Assembly (NCBI GenBank): GCA_964304625.1
Contig: OZ199840.1
Location: 3,213,189-3,277,188 of the forward strand
Reading direction: 5' to 3'
Origin: Kudoa neothunni
Taxonomy: Eukaryota > Animalia > Cnidaria
Length of the DNA: 64,000 nt
This document shows positions 1 through 12,658 of the stretch, piece by piece. Below the pieces are notes generated by a model. That model did no database searches, was not told where the DNA came from, and worked only from the letters and a program-made list of their open reading frames with translations. The translations under genes were made by a program, and so were the position numbers. Position 1 is the stretch's first letter. Every line of letters starts with the position of its first letter.

Positions 1-3000
1 TTTGTTCGGATATCAAGCAAAAACAGTTTCTGACAATGAGTAAAGTTATATGTACTACATGAGCTCGTTTTCATTGTTTAAGACTGATTGTATCGGCTCC
101 TTTGTCCTCCATTACAAATAAGAAAAATGAATTTTGCCCAGGGAAGGTTTTTTTTGTGCAAAGTCCCACCTGTTTCAAAAGCTAACACCGAATGCGTAGA
201 TTTAAACATCATCCCTGATGTCTCTGGTATATATTTCGTTTGACCCTCCTATTAACATAAATTTTTAGATCAATATTCCATGAAATACAATGATTTGTTG
301 TTGTTAGGATTTAATATTGAGAAAGTTTCTCTTGATTTATATATTGTAAAACAAAATTTGTAAATAATACATTTTTTTCTTAACAAAGTTACTTAAGATA
401 TGTGCTCCCAACAGTGGTATTTTGGCGAGGAAACAGCAAGATTTTATTACTCACTGCTATAAATACAGTGATAAAACGAAATACGTCTCTCCATTGCCCA
501 GTATATAAAATCGAAGTTTTATATTGATTTTTATTAGTTCCAAAAAAAATGTTGAATAATACTGGAATTATTACCTACGCTAAGGAACAGGGTTATGTGA
601 TTATCGGGGTTTTGCATAAAAAGTATTGCTTTAATAAGATATATTGGTTAATAATTTATAGAAGTTTTGCGGATATTTTCATACATGAAAACATTATATG
701 GACTCCCTTATATAACTGGACTCATTATAGCATATCTACTAGATGTAAATTTAAAATTCTCAAATAATTATAACATCAAAACCTAGATTTTAGCAGTCTA
801 CTAATGTATCGTTTACAAAACAAAACTTGTAAAGAGTTAGATTGTTCCAAAAGTAATTCAGTCACGTTTATTTAAATATTATTATTATTAAATTTATTTT
901 ATTTTATACGAGCAATAATTCAATAGATTATTTTATTTAAAATTATGTTTGTTGAATCGATATTGTCATAAAGGTAAACAAGATGTTTACTAAAAATAAG
1001 ACGCTGTTTATTTATGTTACGTTTTTTTAATTCAACTGCTATTTAACAGTCTTTAAATAAATTTGTATATTATACTATTTAGATATTTGTTATCTAATTA
1101 AATTGCAATATTTCTGCCCAAAGTTTTTCTAAGATATATTTTCTATTACGAAGTGGTTTATAATTTTAAAAATTAATATTTTTAATTTTAAATAGCAAAA
1201 ATCCCCAGTTTTTTTCTATAACGGGAATATTTACTATTGAGAAATTCCTTTGAGCCATTATAAAAGTATATAAATCCTTTCAATTAACTCATAAATGTAA
1301 TTAGACTAGATTTTTTTGAAAATATCATATTTGAAAAGTTGTGATCAGCAAAATTTAAAGTAAAATCATAAAAACAACAAAGATTGTACAGCTGGATGAA
1401 AACTTAGGAAAATTAATCTTTATTGTTGAACATAATATCCCTCCTTCACGCATAAATTTTAATTCATTCCTTACTACAAACAACTCAATATTCTCTTAAC
1501 ATCGACCTAAATAACTCAATAAATTAGATAAAATAAAATTTCAAAGTTGTAATCGAATTCTATTGCCAAAAGTTCAATTTAAGGGTAGCTTAAATTATAA
1601 TTCTAAGGAGAGAGTCCTAGTGAATAAGGCTTTAAACTTCCTGAATATAGCATAAACTATTAATTCATCATTAATCAAGAAAATTTAAATGAATGCTTTG
1701 CGTTTATATAATTAATAAAACTTTCAATGTGTATTTATTAAGTTGAATATATTAATAAGTTGTTGTATAATGACCGTGTTTGTAGATACATCGAATTTAT
1801 ATCTTTATAACTAGATGATTTTTTTAAATTAACAGTTGGTTATAGCATATACGAGAGAATTTTAATTTCATTTGACTGTCACTTTGTAAAAGACTAATTT
1901 TAATCCTATTCTCCACCTAACAAACTTAAAACCGATAAATTCGCCATTTTATAAATTCTATTCGAACTTTTGAGATATAAAGAAAGTTGAGAAAATTTTT
2001 GAAATATGTTTAACATTAAAAATGTCAAAATATCTGTCTATAAAATGGAACAGTTGCATATGCATGCGCAGATGAATGAACAAACACACAGGTATACTAC
2101 TTTATATAAATAGATAGGATCAAATTTTTATTAAAGAAAAGAGTAAAATGAACTCTTAATTTAAATTAGATCTCCTATCTACTCATTTTAGGCGTGTAAA
2201 TATTTATTTTGGATTATTCTTGATTCTGCCTTTTATAAATAAAAAAAACGATACAATATTGCTGTTCTCTTGTTACTTGTTACTACATTAAACAATTATA
2301 ATATATATTTTTAGGGACCAAAACACTTGTAAAATAATTAGATTGTTAGAATAAATGATTTAATGAATTAATAAACATTTTAATTTAAATAAAAAATTTT
2401 CGTAAAATTAAAAAAAAATTACTCGTCTGATCAATAATTTTAAATATAAATTTATTTCAAAATTAAACAAAATCATTTTGATGTTAACACTAAGTAACAT
2501 ATATTATGTGCATTTTCAAGCGTTAATAATATTTTCATTCTTGTCATATATTTTTATATTATCCATTAGTAAATATATCCTGCTACTACTATTACAACTG
2601 TAGGAGTGTTTGATAAATTATTTTAGCTTAACTTGGTGATTATGTTTTCACAATAATTTATTATAGTGTTATTTGAATATTTTAAAAATGATCAGCAAGC
2701 TGATTCAGGGGTATGCTAAAAATAGTAGATGCTGTATTACCTCGAATGCAGATATATGTGTATGATATCGAACAAAAAAGTGAAAAAATAATCAACGGGA
2801 CAAAAATATTGAAAGTATCTTGATTTTTGATTACGTTTGGGCAATGAATATTTTAGCCACTCAAACACATGGGCTTCAATTCGTTATACATTGCACTTTA
2901 TTATGAGTAGATTTCTTATTTTGGATAATTTCGTGTTCCCAATATTTAACTTTCACACAGCGTTGTAGAGGTTTACAGCAATCCGTTTGCTAATTACAGC

Positions 3001-6000
3001 GGAGGACATGTTCTGATAACCAAAACTTACCAAAATTCTCCATATAATCGAACGTCTATAGGTAAGTTTGGTGAAAGATATGGCGATCACTATGGATACT
3101 CTATATGTTTCCTTTCTCTAAATAAGGATTTATTTCAATTTTGTATTGATTTTTTAACTTGAAAATTAATAAATCAGATTAGGGCTTGTAGTTGTGGCCC
3201 CTTATGCTGGAACAAAAAAGACAGGGGCTCTCTATGTCTACGATTTTTCCAATCTATACACCCTTCAGCTATCTGAAAACACAACGACTTTGTTATTTGT
3301 AGTTGGCGACAAAAATATCACAATTGGTATATATTTTTAGAAAATGGATCTATCGGACTATTTTGACGATCTCGATGGTGTTGACAACGTTGCATATCAT
3401 ATTGTAGGGGATGTAGATGTGAATCGAGATAGTATTCCAGGTTATGAGGTTATTTTTTCTATTTTCAAGATATTCGGATATTATAGATATTCTACTATCA
3501 ACAACCTCTGACTCTGCCACAATAAAATCTCTTATGTAATATATAACATATAGTCCCTACTCTTTTCTAAATAAGGGTTCACCTCACGTAGAACACCAAT
3601 TATTGGCGATTTTGTATGTGAAAATATGTATCTAAAAAACGCCAACGAGAATCAATGTCGAACTTCCAAAAGAGAGTATTTATGGTATTAGTAATAGTTG
3701 TTCAGCTCATAAATGAATAATGAATCAGTATAAGAATGGATGCGATGATGAAATTCTGGTGTACACATCACAATTCGTTTTGGCAGGAGATAAGTTCACA
3801 AGGTAACAACTCAAAATTTATAAACTAATATAGTCTTTTTCTGAGACGAATAATATCAGTTAAATATAAAATAAACTAGACTATCTTTTATTATGTCTCA
3901 ATTAATAACTTATTTTAATTCAAATTGATTAACATAATAAAATATCCGGATCTTAACAGATTATAATAATTTCAAGTTGAGATAATACCCATTAAACAAC
4001 TATAGTGGTGATTTAATCCATTGTTTCAAATATTATACAAAATCTAGTTGATATAAAATTATCTTTTTTACAAAGATAAAATTCCTCCTTATTTTGTTTG
4101 CTTGAAACTAAATTGAAAGGTTAATTTTTTTAATATTTATATTCTAGTCACACTTGGCAAAAGTATTATATTCACTTTACCTTCTCATTATCAAGATTAT
4201 ATCACTTTGATCAATGCGAACAATGGGCCCTTATCCACGAAACGTTATTTTCACTTCACCAGAACTATGGTTTCTGGTGAGCACATGGTCAATATATCAA
4301 CGTTGATACAAATAAAAAAAGAACATGCATTCATGTTAATGAGGATACCTTATGAGAAACTATACCGACAAAATGATAAGTCAAGTTTTGATATTTACTC
4401 TAACAATAAAAACCAAATTTATTTTGGTTATTCTAATGAATTTTCGGGGAAATATCCAACGAATTTTAGCTTTATATGTGAATTGTTTACTTGTAAACTC
4501 GAAACTTTTGTTATACCAAAAAGGCACTTACAGGTTAAGTATATTCGAATATGGTTGCAACAATATTGTTAATAATATTAAGAATTCCCCAAATAAGAGA
4601 TGATATCCTAATGATGGAATATTACGCTGAATACAGCAAGCCACATAACAACACCTTACCATATTGCTTGATAGTGCAAATAAAATTTGATTCACGTTTA
4701 GCCGAGTTTATGAACTGTGACGGGAACACTTATGATGTGAACTAGATTAAATCATTAACAATAATATTTTCATTGTATTTTTTAAATAGTTATCAACTAA
4801 ATTCAGTAAAAAGAATCCGACACATGTTGCGGTGACATTGTCTGTCGTTGTTTCCAATGTGAATTAAATTTGTGTCCATTGGTTATTCTAATTGTAATAA
4901 TTGTGAAGCTCACTGTCAAATGTTATTTGCGTAAAAAAGAAACTGAACAATTCGGACGAAAATTATTATATTTCAAAATGTAACTTGCGTTCATTTCTTT
5001 TAAACATCTTATCATTTAATTTAGACATGCATTTGATACTTTTTTAAGTGAATGGCCTCTACTACACAAAGAATATTCGTTATTTATACCTCCACGCGGT
5101 GAAATCGATTATTTTTTAACAGGGTACTGTCAAATTTTATTTTTGTACGATGTCGGCACAGACTAATAAAGCAAGGGGGAGATACCATATAGCAATGTCT
5201 GATGCTATACGCGTGGATTTTATTTATCTTTTATAACAACAATAAATATACATATTAAAATATTTAATAGGGCAAGCTCTACACCAGTGGTCACTTTGTA
5301 TGGTCAAAATGTATTGTTAGCTAATATTGCCACTGAATTCGGAGTAATTCTATTTTAAGTCAATACCGTGTAATAACATTCTAGATAACAACCCTTGGGA
5401 GGCAGAAAAATTATGGTGTTACGTTTAAATTTACAATCAAAACAGATTTTAATGATAGTTTGGCTTCTATCTCAAATTTTGTGGTATTATTACACAAATA
5501 AAGTAATAAATAGTATTTTTAGTGTCCCAGCCAATCCATTTTGCTACATAATAAATGCACTCGGCATACATGTGACAATGAAACATCAAACCAATTCATA
5601 TGCTCCTTAACCAGTGGTTTAATCCTAAAATCAAAAAAAGTCATAATCGAAATTAAAATACATAAAATAGCATTGGATTTGGTGGTATAAGTAGCTATAG
5701 ATTTTTCTCTCTTATTATTGTTACAGAAAATAAATCAAAAAGCTACAATTAATATCACAGCCAATGTTGTAAGTACTGGATATGCCATTCCTTTTAAGGA
5801 ACCTTTAACAGTAATGACTTTTTTAAGTGATACATAAATTTACGTTTCCTTAGTATTCAATACGATTACATGGGCCCTCAAAAATTAATATAAATGGTTC
5901 AAAAATTGGAATTGTTTTATGTTGTGCTTTGTTTATAGCCGTTGCTGTCCAGGCGGCTTTCTACTATGTAAATTTATTCCACAAATGACTCATTATGATA

Positions 6001-6075
6001 TGATATTTATTTTAGGGTCGATTCTATAAGAAATTAGACGCAAAAATGAAATATTTTTTTCGGGTCTTACATTAA
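1..6075 (+). CDS. Integrin alpha subunit (multi-exon, 5' end outside window)
   Basis: Spliced exons give FG-GAP propeller repeats: LFGYQ..LIVSAPLSS..GKVFLCKVPP..ECVDL (1-228); LGFNIE..ICAPNSG..THCYKY (270-500); HMGFNS..SNPFANYSGGHV; HYGYSICFLSLNKD..LVVVAPYAGTKKTGALYVY; and the Ca-loop DVNRDSIPD (about 3410-3490). Cys-containing leg exons follow. The TM is IGIVLCCALFIAVAVQAAFYY (about 5905-5967), then intron 5968-6015, then tail GRFYKKLDAKMKYFFRVLH* (stop 6073-6075). A large intron lies at about 750-2690. Confidence 0.88.
1900..2115 (-). mobile_element. Helitron-like 5' end fragment in integrin intron
   Basis: Minus strand begins TCTATTTATATAAAGTAGTATACCTGTGTGTTTGTTCATTC, resembling the other Helitron 5' ends in this window (TC-TA..TATAAA..GTGTGT). 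The 3' end was not located. Confidence 0.4.
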
Positions 6076-7378
6076 TTTAATCTTAGATAAATAAAATTAT
6101 GTTTTCAAGTTCTCTGATTTATTATATTATCTTTAGAAAAATATACGTATATTATCAAAATATTTATTATTTTTTCTTATATATCTATTTTCGTAACAAT
6201 CCTCGAAATATTTATACAAATATATAATATATATTCAAAATTACGTGAATTATACGGTATAATAGTCTTTATTTTATTCCTAAAAATAAATAAAAAATAA
6301 AGCCTCTTCAAAACTTACCAATTACCCCAACAAATAAGTATATTGAATAGTTGTCGGTTAATATATAATGAATAAATTTATATTAGATTATAGAATTAAT
6401 AGCAAGACTGCCAGTGGGTTAAAAACCCCCAAGGATGGACGGTCAAAAACCCCAAGTTAGAGTAAAAAACACAAGATAGAGAAAAACGCTAGTTTAAATA
6501 AAAAAATAGAATCGTATCAATTAAATTTTTTAATCGACATCCGATTCTATAATTACGACTTTGGATATTAAATTTAAATTTATCCTAGTATTATTGCAAT
6601 TTTTGGTACGAACACTCAATCATAATTGATGTCTAGTATAGATTAATATACTCACGATTAATTATTTCATAACTCAAAATAGTATTGAAATAATATTAAC
6701 ATCAATATTAACTGAGTAAAAAAGGCGCAAAATAACACATTTGGACTTGTGTAATGTTTCTAAATGTAGAATTAACTCTCAAACAACAATATATTTGAAG
6801 TGTGAACCTTAAATTAATATTTTTAATTTTTACATTATATAGCAACTAAATAATTTCATCATCCATCGATCATCTAAATTTCTCGCTCGAAGTTCTCGGT
6901 TCCCATAGCCGCGAAATTTGTTGTATTATCATATTCTTGTGTAAATGAGATTAATATATATAATAAAAGTTTTTAGTTTAATAAATAATATAAAAATATT
7001 AATATTTAAAACATGTTAGGTGTACCATTCTTACATTAATTACAAAATCTCGTTCGAGGTAAAACCACGTACGAGAATGCTTCTAATACGTACAAAAAAT
7101 GATCCACTCCTAAGATAAGAATATACTTAATTTTATAATTAGTAAATAAATCAGTTAAAAAAACCACATATTATAATATTGATATTTTCGATTTTAATTA
7201 ATAATAAACAATTCCTAAACAAGAATATCGATATTCAGGCTTTACCAATTTACAAATAATAAAATATAAACCCAATTATTATAGCCATTATTATTTAGAT
7301 CAATTTTAAGACTTTATTAATCTATTAACAAAACGTTTAATCGTATCATTACTTATTTTCTTTATTTTTTAATAATTA

Positions 7379-7685
7379 TTAACCCTTTCATGCATAATGT
7401 TCGTATAAATGAACAAGAGAACAATTTTCATCTCCAAGGCGCCCTATTTTGAATATTTTCTTCTAAATGATTTTAAAATGTTACAATGAGTTTTATCTAT
7501 TTAGAAACGAATTAAAAATAATTTGAATGAATTATAACACTAAGCTACATATTCAAAAATTTTAAATACCCAAATTTTATACAAGGCAATTAATCTCGTG
7601 TTCATAATCATAGTATATTCCATTAAATATTTTTGTTAAGATATAATGTGTCGTAATTTCAAAATATTCATACTCATACATGTTT
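7379..7685. repeat. Dispersed repeat, piggyBac-like end (TTAA|CCCTTTCATGCATAATG), copy 1
   Basis: Aligns by eye over about 300 nt with 31150-31438 (shared ATGTTC..AAATGAACAAGA..CTCCA..GAATATTTTC..TGTCG..AATATTCA). Starts with TTAA-CCC. Confidence 0.55.
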
Positions 7686-8034
7686 GAAAAATTAAGAAAT
7701 TAATATAAAATTTTAAAAAATTGTCGTTGTATATTATCTGATAAATCATTGTTGCCATTATTTGTAATTATATAATACATTTGCCTATAGGAAAAAAATA
7801 TATATACTAAAACTCAATCTTTTGTATATCCTTCAAAAAGCTTCATCGTTAGATAATTTTAGATACGGAATAATTTCGAGAATAAGAATTTAGCACCATA
7901 ATAGGTGCACACGCACAAAAAATTTACCGATGTAGCATATTGATTATACTAATTATTTTGTTAACAAATCAGATACAAAGTGAAAGTTTGATGCATTTTA
8001 AATACAGAATGAAATTTTTACCTGTTTATGTTAA

Positions 8035-10303
8035 CCCCCCAAACATTTTTGGGATCCAAATGGACCTCGGGCCGAATTTAGTCTCAATTCATTGCTCACT
8101 GAAAACGTTAAATTAATTGGATCCAATCATTATTCTTTTAAAAGTTTCTATATATTCATAATTTAATTTTAAAATTAGGAATTATTTGTTTTGTATGATT
8201 TAATATAAAATATTTACGCCAAGCAGTTGTGGAGTCCAGGAGGACTCCACGTTTTTATTTGATGAAAACATTTATAAAATTATAAAAAGTAAAACGTTCT
8301 AATTTCGAAAGGTTACATCCATTAAATCTCGAGAAAAATCAAGGTTTATGTTTCCGGTATTCGTCGATCGATGACGATTTCTTCCAACCGATAGACATGG
8401 AAGAGTTATATGGTGGTTTTCTAAAAATTTACGACTCTAATTGCAGTGAAATTGAAGATATTATTGAAGAATGCTTCTCTTTATCCCCTTGTGATAGTTA
8501 AGATGATTATGACATCACTAAAACGTATAGCGACAAAAACAAAGTGTTATGGTCTTCAGTTGTGCCTTCAAATACAAAAATCAAGAAAGAAAACATCTTA
8601 AACAAACATCTAAGTCCGGTTACATTTGTAACATCCCGAATTTGCAATTTGCAATCTACAATTTACAGAACAATTTTTATATTTTTTTGATGATGAGTTT
8701 TTCAATGCTGTAATTATTCAAACTAATAAATTGTGACTTTATTACGGAATTAAATGGTAAAATCTGAATGTAGTGCAATCTAAAATATACATGGGAGTTC
8801 TTAAATATATGTTGTCAATCTTAAAATCTAAAATGGAATCTCTTAAGAAATTTTGGAGCTAGAGTAAGGGGCATTATATACTTCGTCTAATCATTCTGCT
8901 TTATAGATTCATCCAAATTAACATAAATGTACACTTTGATGACTGCGAGATAAGAGTTTGCGATGAGAGATCGATAAGTTTTCCCCAGTAACCGAGGTTT
9001 TCAATAGGAGGAAAAGTATTTTGCCGATGTGTCCAATTCCTCCCTCTGCGCATTTTACTGTTGATGAAGAGTTAGTTTCATTGGGAGGCAGGTGTTCCTT
9101 TACTCAGTGTATTTCCTCCAAACCTGCGGTTTATGGCATTAAAATTTTTCTTTTAACTGACCATCGTACCAACTATACACGTAATATTTTCGTTTATCTC
9201 GCAAGAACCAATGACCGGATTACCAAATGTATTGGTGAAAAGGTTGTTTAGAGCTCCCGTCACACTTGAAAATTCAGGAGAAACATTTTTTGCGATAATT
9301 GTTTCACTTCGGTTCCGTTGGCAAACAAAATTCTTAACCTAGGTTTAATCATTCTGGAGACAATCCGGCACAATAATCGGGAATCTCATTACTTTTTAAT
9401 GTTAGGAAATAGAGGGAGATTTTTAGTTCAATTCTCTCCAAAAGAACAAAGCGTTCATTTGATTGGCTACGTTCTCAAACAATGTTAATTTATGCCAAGG
9501 TCAGACAAAAAATCCCAAAATTATCGTCGATTATATAAAAACTAAGGCTGTGTGGATACGGTAGATAGTATCCCGTCCACGCCGAAAAAGATGTATCTTA
9601 TGCGCTCGATTCTGTGATACATAAATAAAGAACAAATGTTATAATTGCTCCTAACATTGTTGTAACAAACATTCGAGAATTATTTGTTACAAACGGAAAT
9701 AAAAAATGACCATTAAAATTTATTTAGATACATATTATAGTTTTAATTGTTAATTTTTAGACTTTATAGCTTAGTTAACGAATACATTATTAATTATTAA
9801 TCCATATGTTCTTATGAATAATAGGCCTCTAGGTGAGCTCGCAACGATAGATGTACCTACTTTTTTTATGTTTATCAGTTAATTAATATTGTATTTTGTA
9901 TCGTTTCAAAAAATCTTATTAAAAGACTTATAAGAATCGGTAAAATCAGAATCATGTTGTTGCAAGTGAACATATGTATTTCCAGATATTATTAGAATTT
10001 CGGAAAATTCGACAATTCTTGTAGTATCTAGATAATGTTGTAAAAAGATCATGTGATATATTATAATATAATTTCATTAATATTTAAACATGTAAAATTA
10101 ATAAATAAGTGTTGGGGAGACATCGACTGACATCTCCACACATACAAATTATGATTATTTCGTTATCGCTCCAGTAAAAAACGTTTTAAAATAATATAAT
10201 TATTTTTCATAATATTGTGTATCGAAAAACGCAATAAAAATTTGGGGTCCTCCTGAAACCCAAAACTGCTTGGTGAATAGCCGTTTTTGGCATACTTAGG
10301 GGG
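8035..10303 (+). mobile_element. piggyBac DNA transposon, near full length, decayed
   Basis: TTAA at 8031-8034 and 10304-10307. Ends are CCCCC(C/T)AA. Subterminal inverted repeat CCAAGCAGTT..GG..TCCAGGAGGAC at about 8219-8250 matches about 10240-10273. Transposase remnants lie inside. Confidence 0.9.
8390..9600 (+). pseudogene. piggyBac (DDD) transposase pseudogene
   Basis: Motifs TVDEELVSLGGRCSFTQCISSKPAVYGIKIF (ORF 9021-9251), NIFCDNCFTSVPLA, GTIRHN and KNPKIIVDYIKTK..VDTVD, broken by stops and frameshifts. Confidence 0.88.
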
Positions 10304-10800
10304 TTAAAAACGAGTAGGAATATTATTTAATTTTCCTCTAATTCGATGACAATGACCATTAAAAGTTATATATGAACAAGTTAACCATTTAAATCGGTTT
10401 AAAATAATATTTTATGTTTAATATATTATCTTCAGACCACAAACAAAAAATTGGGGGCATTAAAGGATCATTTCTGTATAAAACCTGTTTTCTCATCAAA
10501 TTCTAATGCTATATGAGGAGTGTTTGAAACCTTCTATATTATAAAAATTAAGAGTTAATTTTGTAAATTCTTATATAATAGAGAAACGCTTGATTCTCTA
10601 TTATATTACATTCAGGAAGTTCTGCAATATTTAAAACTAAAAATATTCAAAGAAAGTAAAATTGAAAGTCAATTAAAGATAATCAGCCCCATCTAAACTA
10701 AAAAATAAACAAGGAAGAGGCAGTAAAAACATCAAATGAAAAATAATTCGCAGCAATTATATAATACTATAAACCACACAGAAAACACTGAAAACACCAC

Positions 10801-12298
10801 TCAAGGCATTATATTTCCTTTACCAGGAAACAACGGTTTGTTTTTAGCAGCTTCCTCTTCTGTTTTCTTCCCATCAATCTGATGCTAAATTAGGTGGATT
10901 ATGGAAAATTAAAGTATGCATGCCTAGCAGAGGAGTGTTACTTGTATTCGTTTGTGGAAGTATTTATCAAATGTGAGTCTTCCTAGTTTCCAATCGTAAT
11001 CAGGATACCCTTCATCTGTGCTGGAACCTTGCAACTGAATTAAATCTGTATCTTGGTTGGAGCTGGTTGACTTGGTGATTTTGGAAGTTGCGGCTTTACG
11101 AGATTTTTTCTTCTTTTTGCCATCCAAACGACTGCTGTTTCCTTGAAACGGCTAAAAATTTCATTAGAATTAGACCAAATCTCTCTTCGAATCAATTTAC
11201 TTGGAATTGGGAAGAGTTAGTCTCTTCGATGTATTTGTCTATTTTGCTCTGGATCTAGAGAATCACCAATAAAAAAATATTCGTCTTATTGCATTCAACA
11301 CCAAATTACATTCAACACACATCGATTCATGTTGAGTCGCTCTTGGTATTCATCATATCCTGGTGCAGGTTCGAATTCAACCTTTATATCAACACTCACA
11401 ACACCAACCACATCACTAATGAACTACCATCAAATTGCAATTGATGACACAGATCGAGTCACCGGGTTTGGTTTCTTTAACTTTCAATGGATACACCTAG
11501 ATAGCAGTAATAACCAATTTGTTTCTATCGAGATATTTCTATGGCATTTAACCACAAAAATACTTTATTACAATGACTGATTTCAATGCAGTCATTGGTG
11601 TTGATACAAGTGTAATTACGAAGAGCTTTTTCTAAACTAATAGATAATAATGTAGAGTTTAAAATAATGATTGTATTAAGCTTTTTTAAAGAGTAAAATC
11701 GGCTCGAATTACATCACTTTAGGATTCTCAATATCCAAAAAATCAAATGACATAGGTTGAAATTTCGCGTATTGTCCTAGTTCTGGATTAGCTTGAGTGA
11801 TATCTACCAAATTGGAACGTCTGTTTATTTCCAATTGTTTATACATCTACACACACACACACACACACAGATATATAGTGTAAGAAAAATAACATCAAAT
11901 TATGACCATATGTATACAAGTCACAATATTAATAAATTTTTACCCATGATGGTACCACAATAGTGCCTTCTTCGGCTGTGAATTCTAACACACCTACACA
12001 TAGTTTTTTTTCTTTGGTTTTATTTTCCAAAAGAAACATCATCAATGATGATTCGGCCAGATTGCTTTGCACTAAATATCAACCAATTACTATCACCATA
12101 AAAGTTAGAGTGTCTACTGATTTTATGAAGTGAGCTTGATGGAAGAAGTACTACCGGAAAATATTATAATTCATCAAAGCTACAATTCAAATAACCTTTG
12201 CCCCCATAATTCAGTTGATTTCGATCAGTGAGATGATCTACTTTATAGCATCTGAGCTTTTGGTTGTATACTATTGGATAAGACCCAAAGGGGAACAT
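10801..12298 (-). CDS. UFD1: Ubiquitin fusion degradation protein 1 (p97/VCP cofactor), multi-exon
   Basis: MFPFGSYPIVYNQKLRCY..NYGGK; CVGVLEFTAEEGTIVVPSW; YAKFQPMSFDFLDIENPKV; LEKALRNYTC; KETKPGDSICVINCNLMVEFEPAPGY; FQGNSSRLDGKK; PDYDWKLGRLTF; C-terminal SHP box FPGKGN; TGA at 10801-10803. Confidence 0.95.
11849..11868. repeat. (AC)10 microsatellite abutting a UFD1 splice acceptor
   Basis: On the minus strand the intron ends ...TGTGTGTGTAG|ATGTAT. Confidence 0.9.
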
Positions 12299-12658
12299 AT
12301 GTATGCTAGTGGGCAACCGAAAAAGTGCAAAATATCGAACAAAAGTGGGGTTATACAATTCACGATGCGCAAGCGCAGCTAATATTGAAATTTGTTGTTA
12401 AGATAAAAGAATTGTCTTAGAAAGGGATGCCTTTTTCAAAATTTGTAAAAATAATATTACGAGAGCGTAAATTAGGTGTTTGTAGTTATGGATTAGTTGA
12501 ATTAAAAAATAAAAATCATAGGAAATATTTTAGTTGATTTATTTGTAAAATAATTATTATGCGAAAATGATTGTAATGAGATAGATATTTAAATCATTTT
12601 GCAGAATCAAATTTCCAGTTGATGCCCGAAGATGGGCGATTTTAGTCGATCAACATAA
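12299..12658. promoter_or_regulatory. Putative bidirectional promoter UFD1/PSMD2 with NRF1-like site
   Basis: 360 nt separate the divergent ATGs. TGCGCAAGCGCA at 12366-12377 is one mismatch from the palindrome TGCGCATGCGCA. Confidence 0.6.

Noticed and set aside
2481-2660. ATG plus hydrophobic stretch resembling an integrin signal peptide
   Set aside because: Propeller blades 1-2 lie upstream at 1-500, so the gene starts before the window. This stretch is likely AT-rich intron and hits stops in the frames I tried.
6410-6490. Short tandem (GG)T(T/C)AAAAACCCC(C)AAG units
   Set aside because: Only 2-4 degenerate units with no spacers of CRISPR type in a eukaryote. Probably a MULE-like TIR remnant, with no partner end found.
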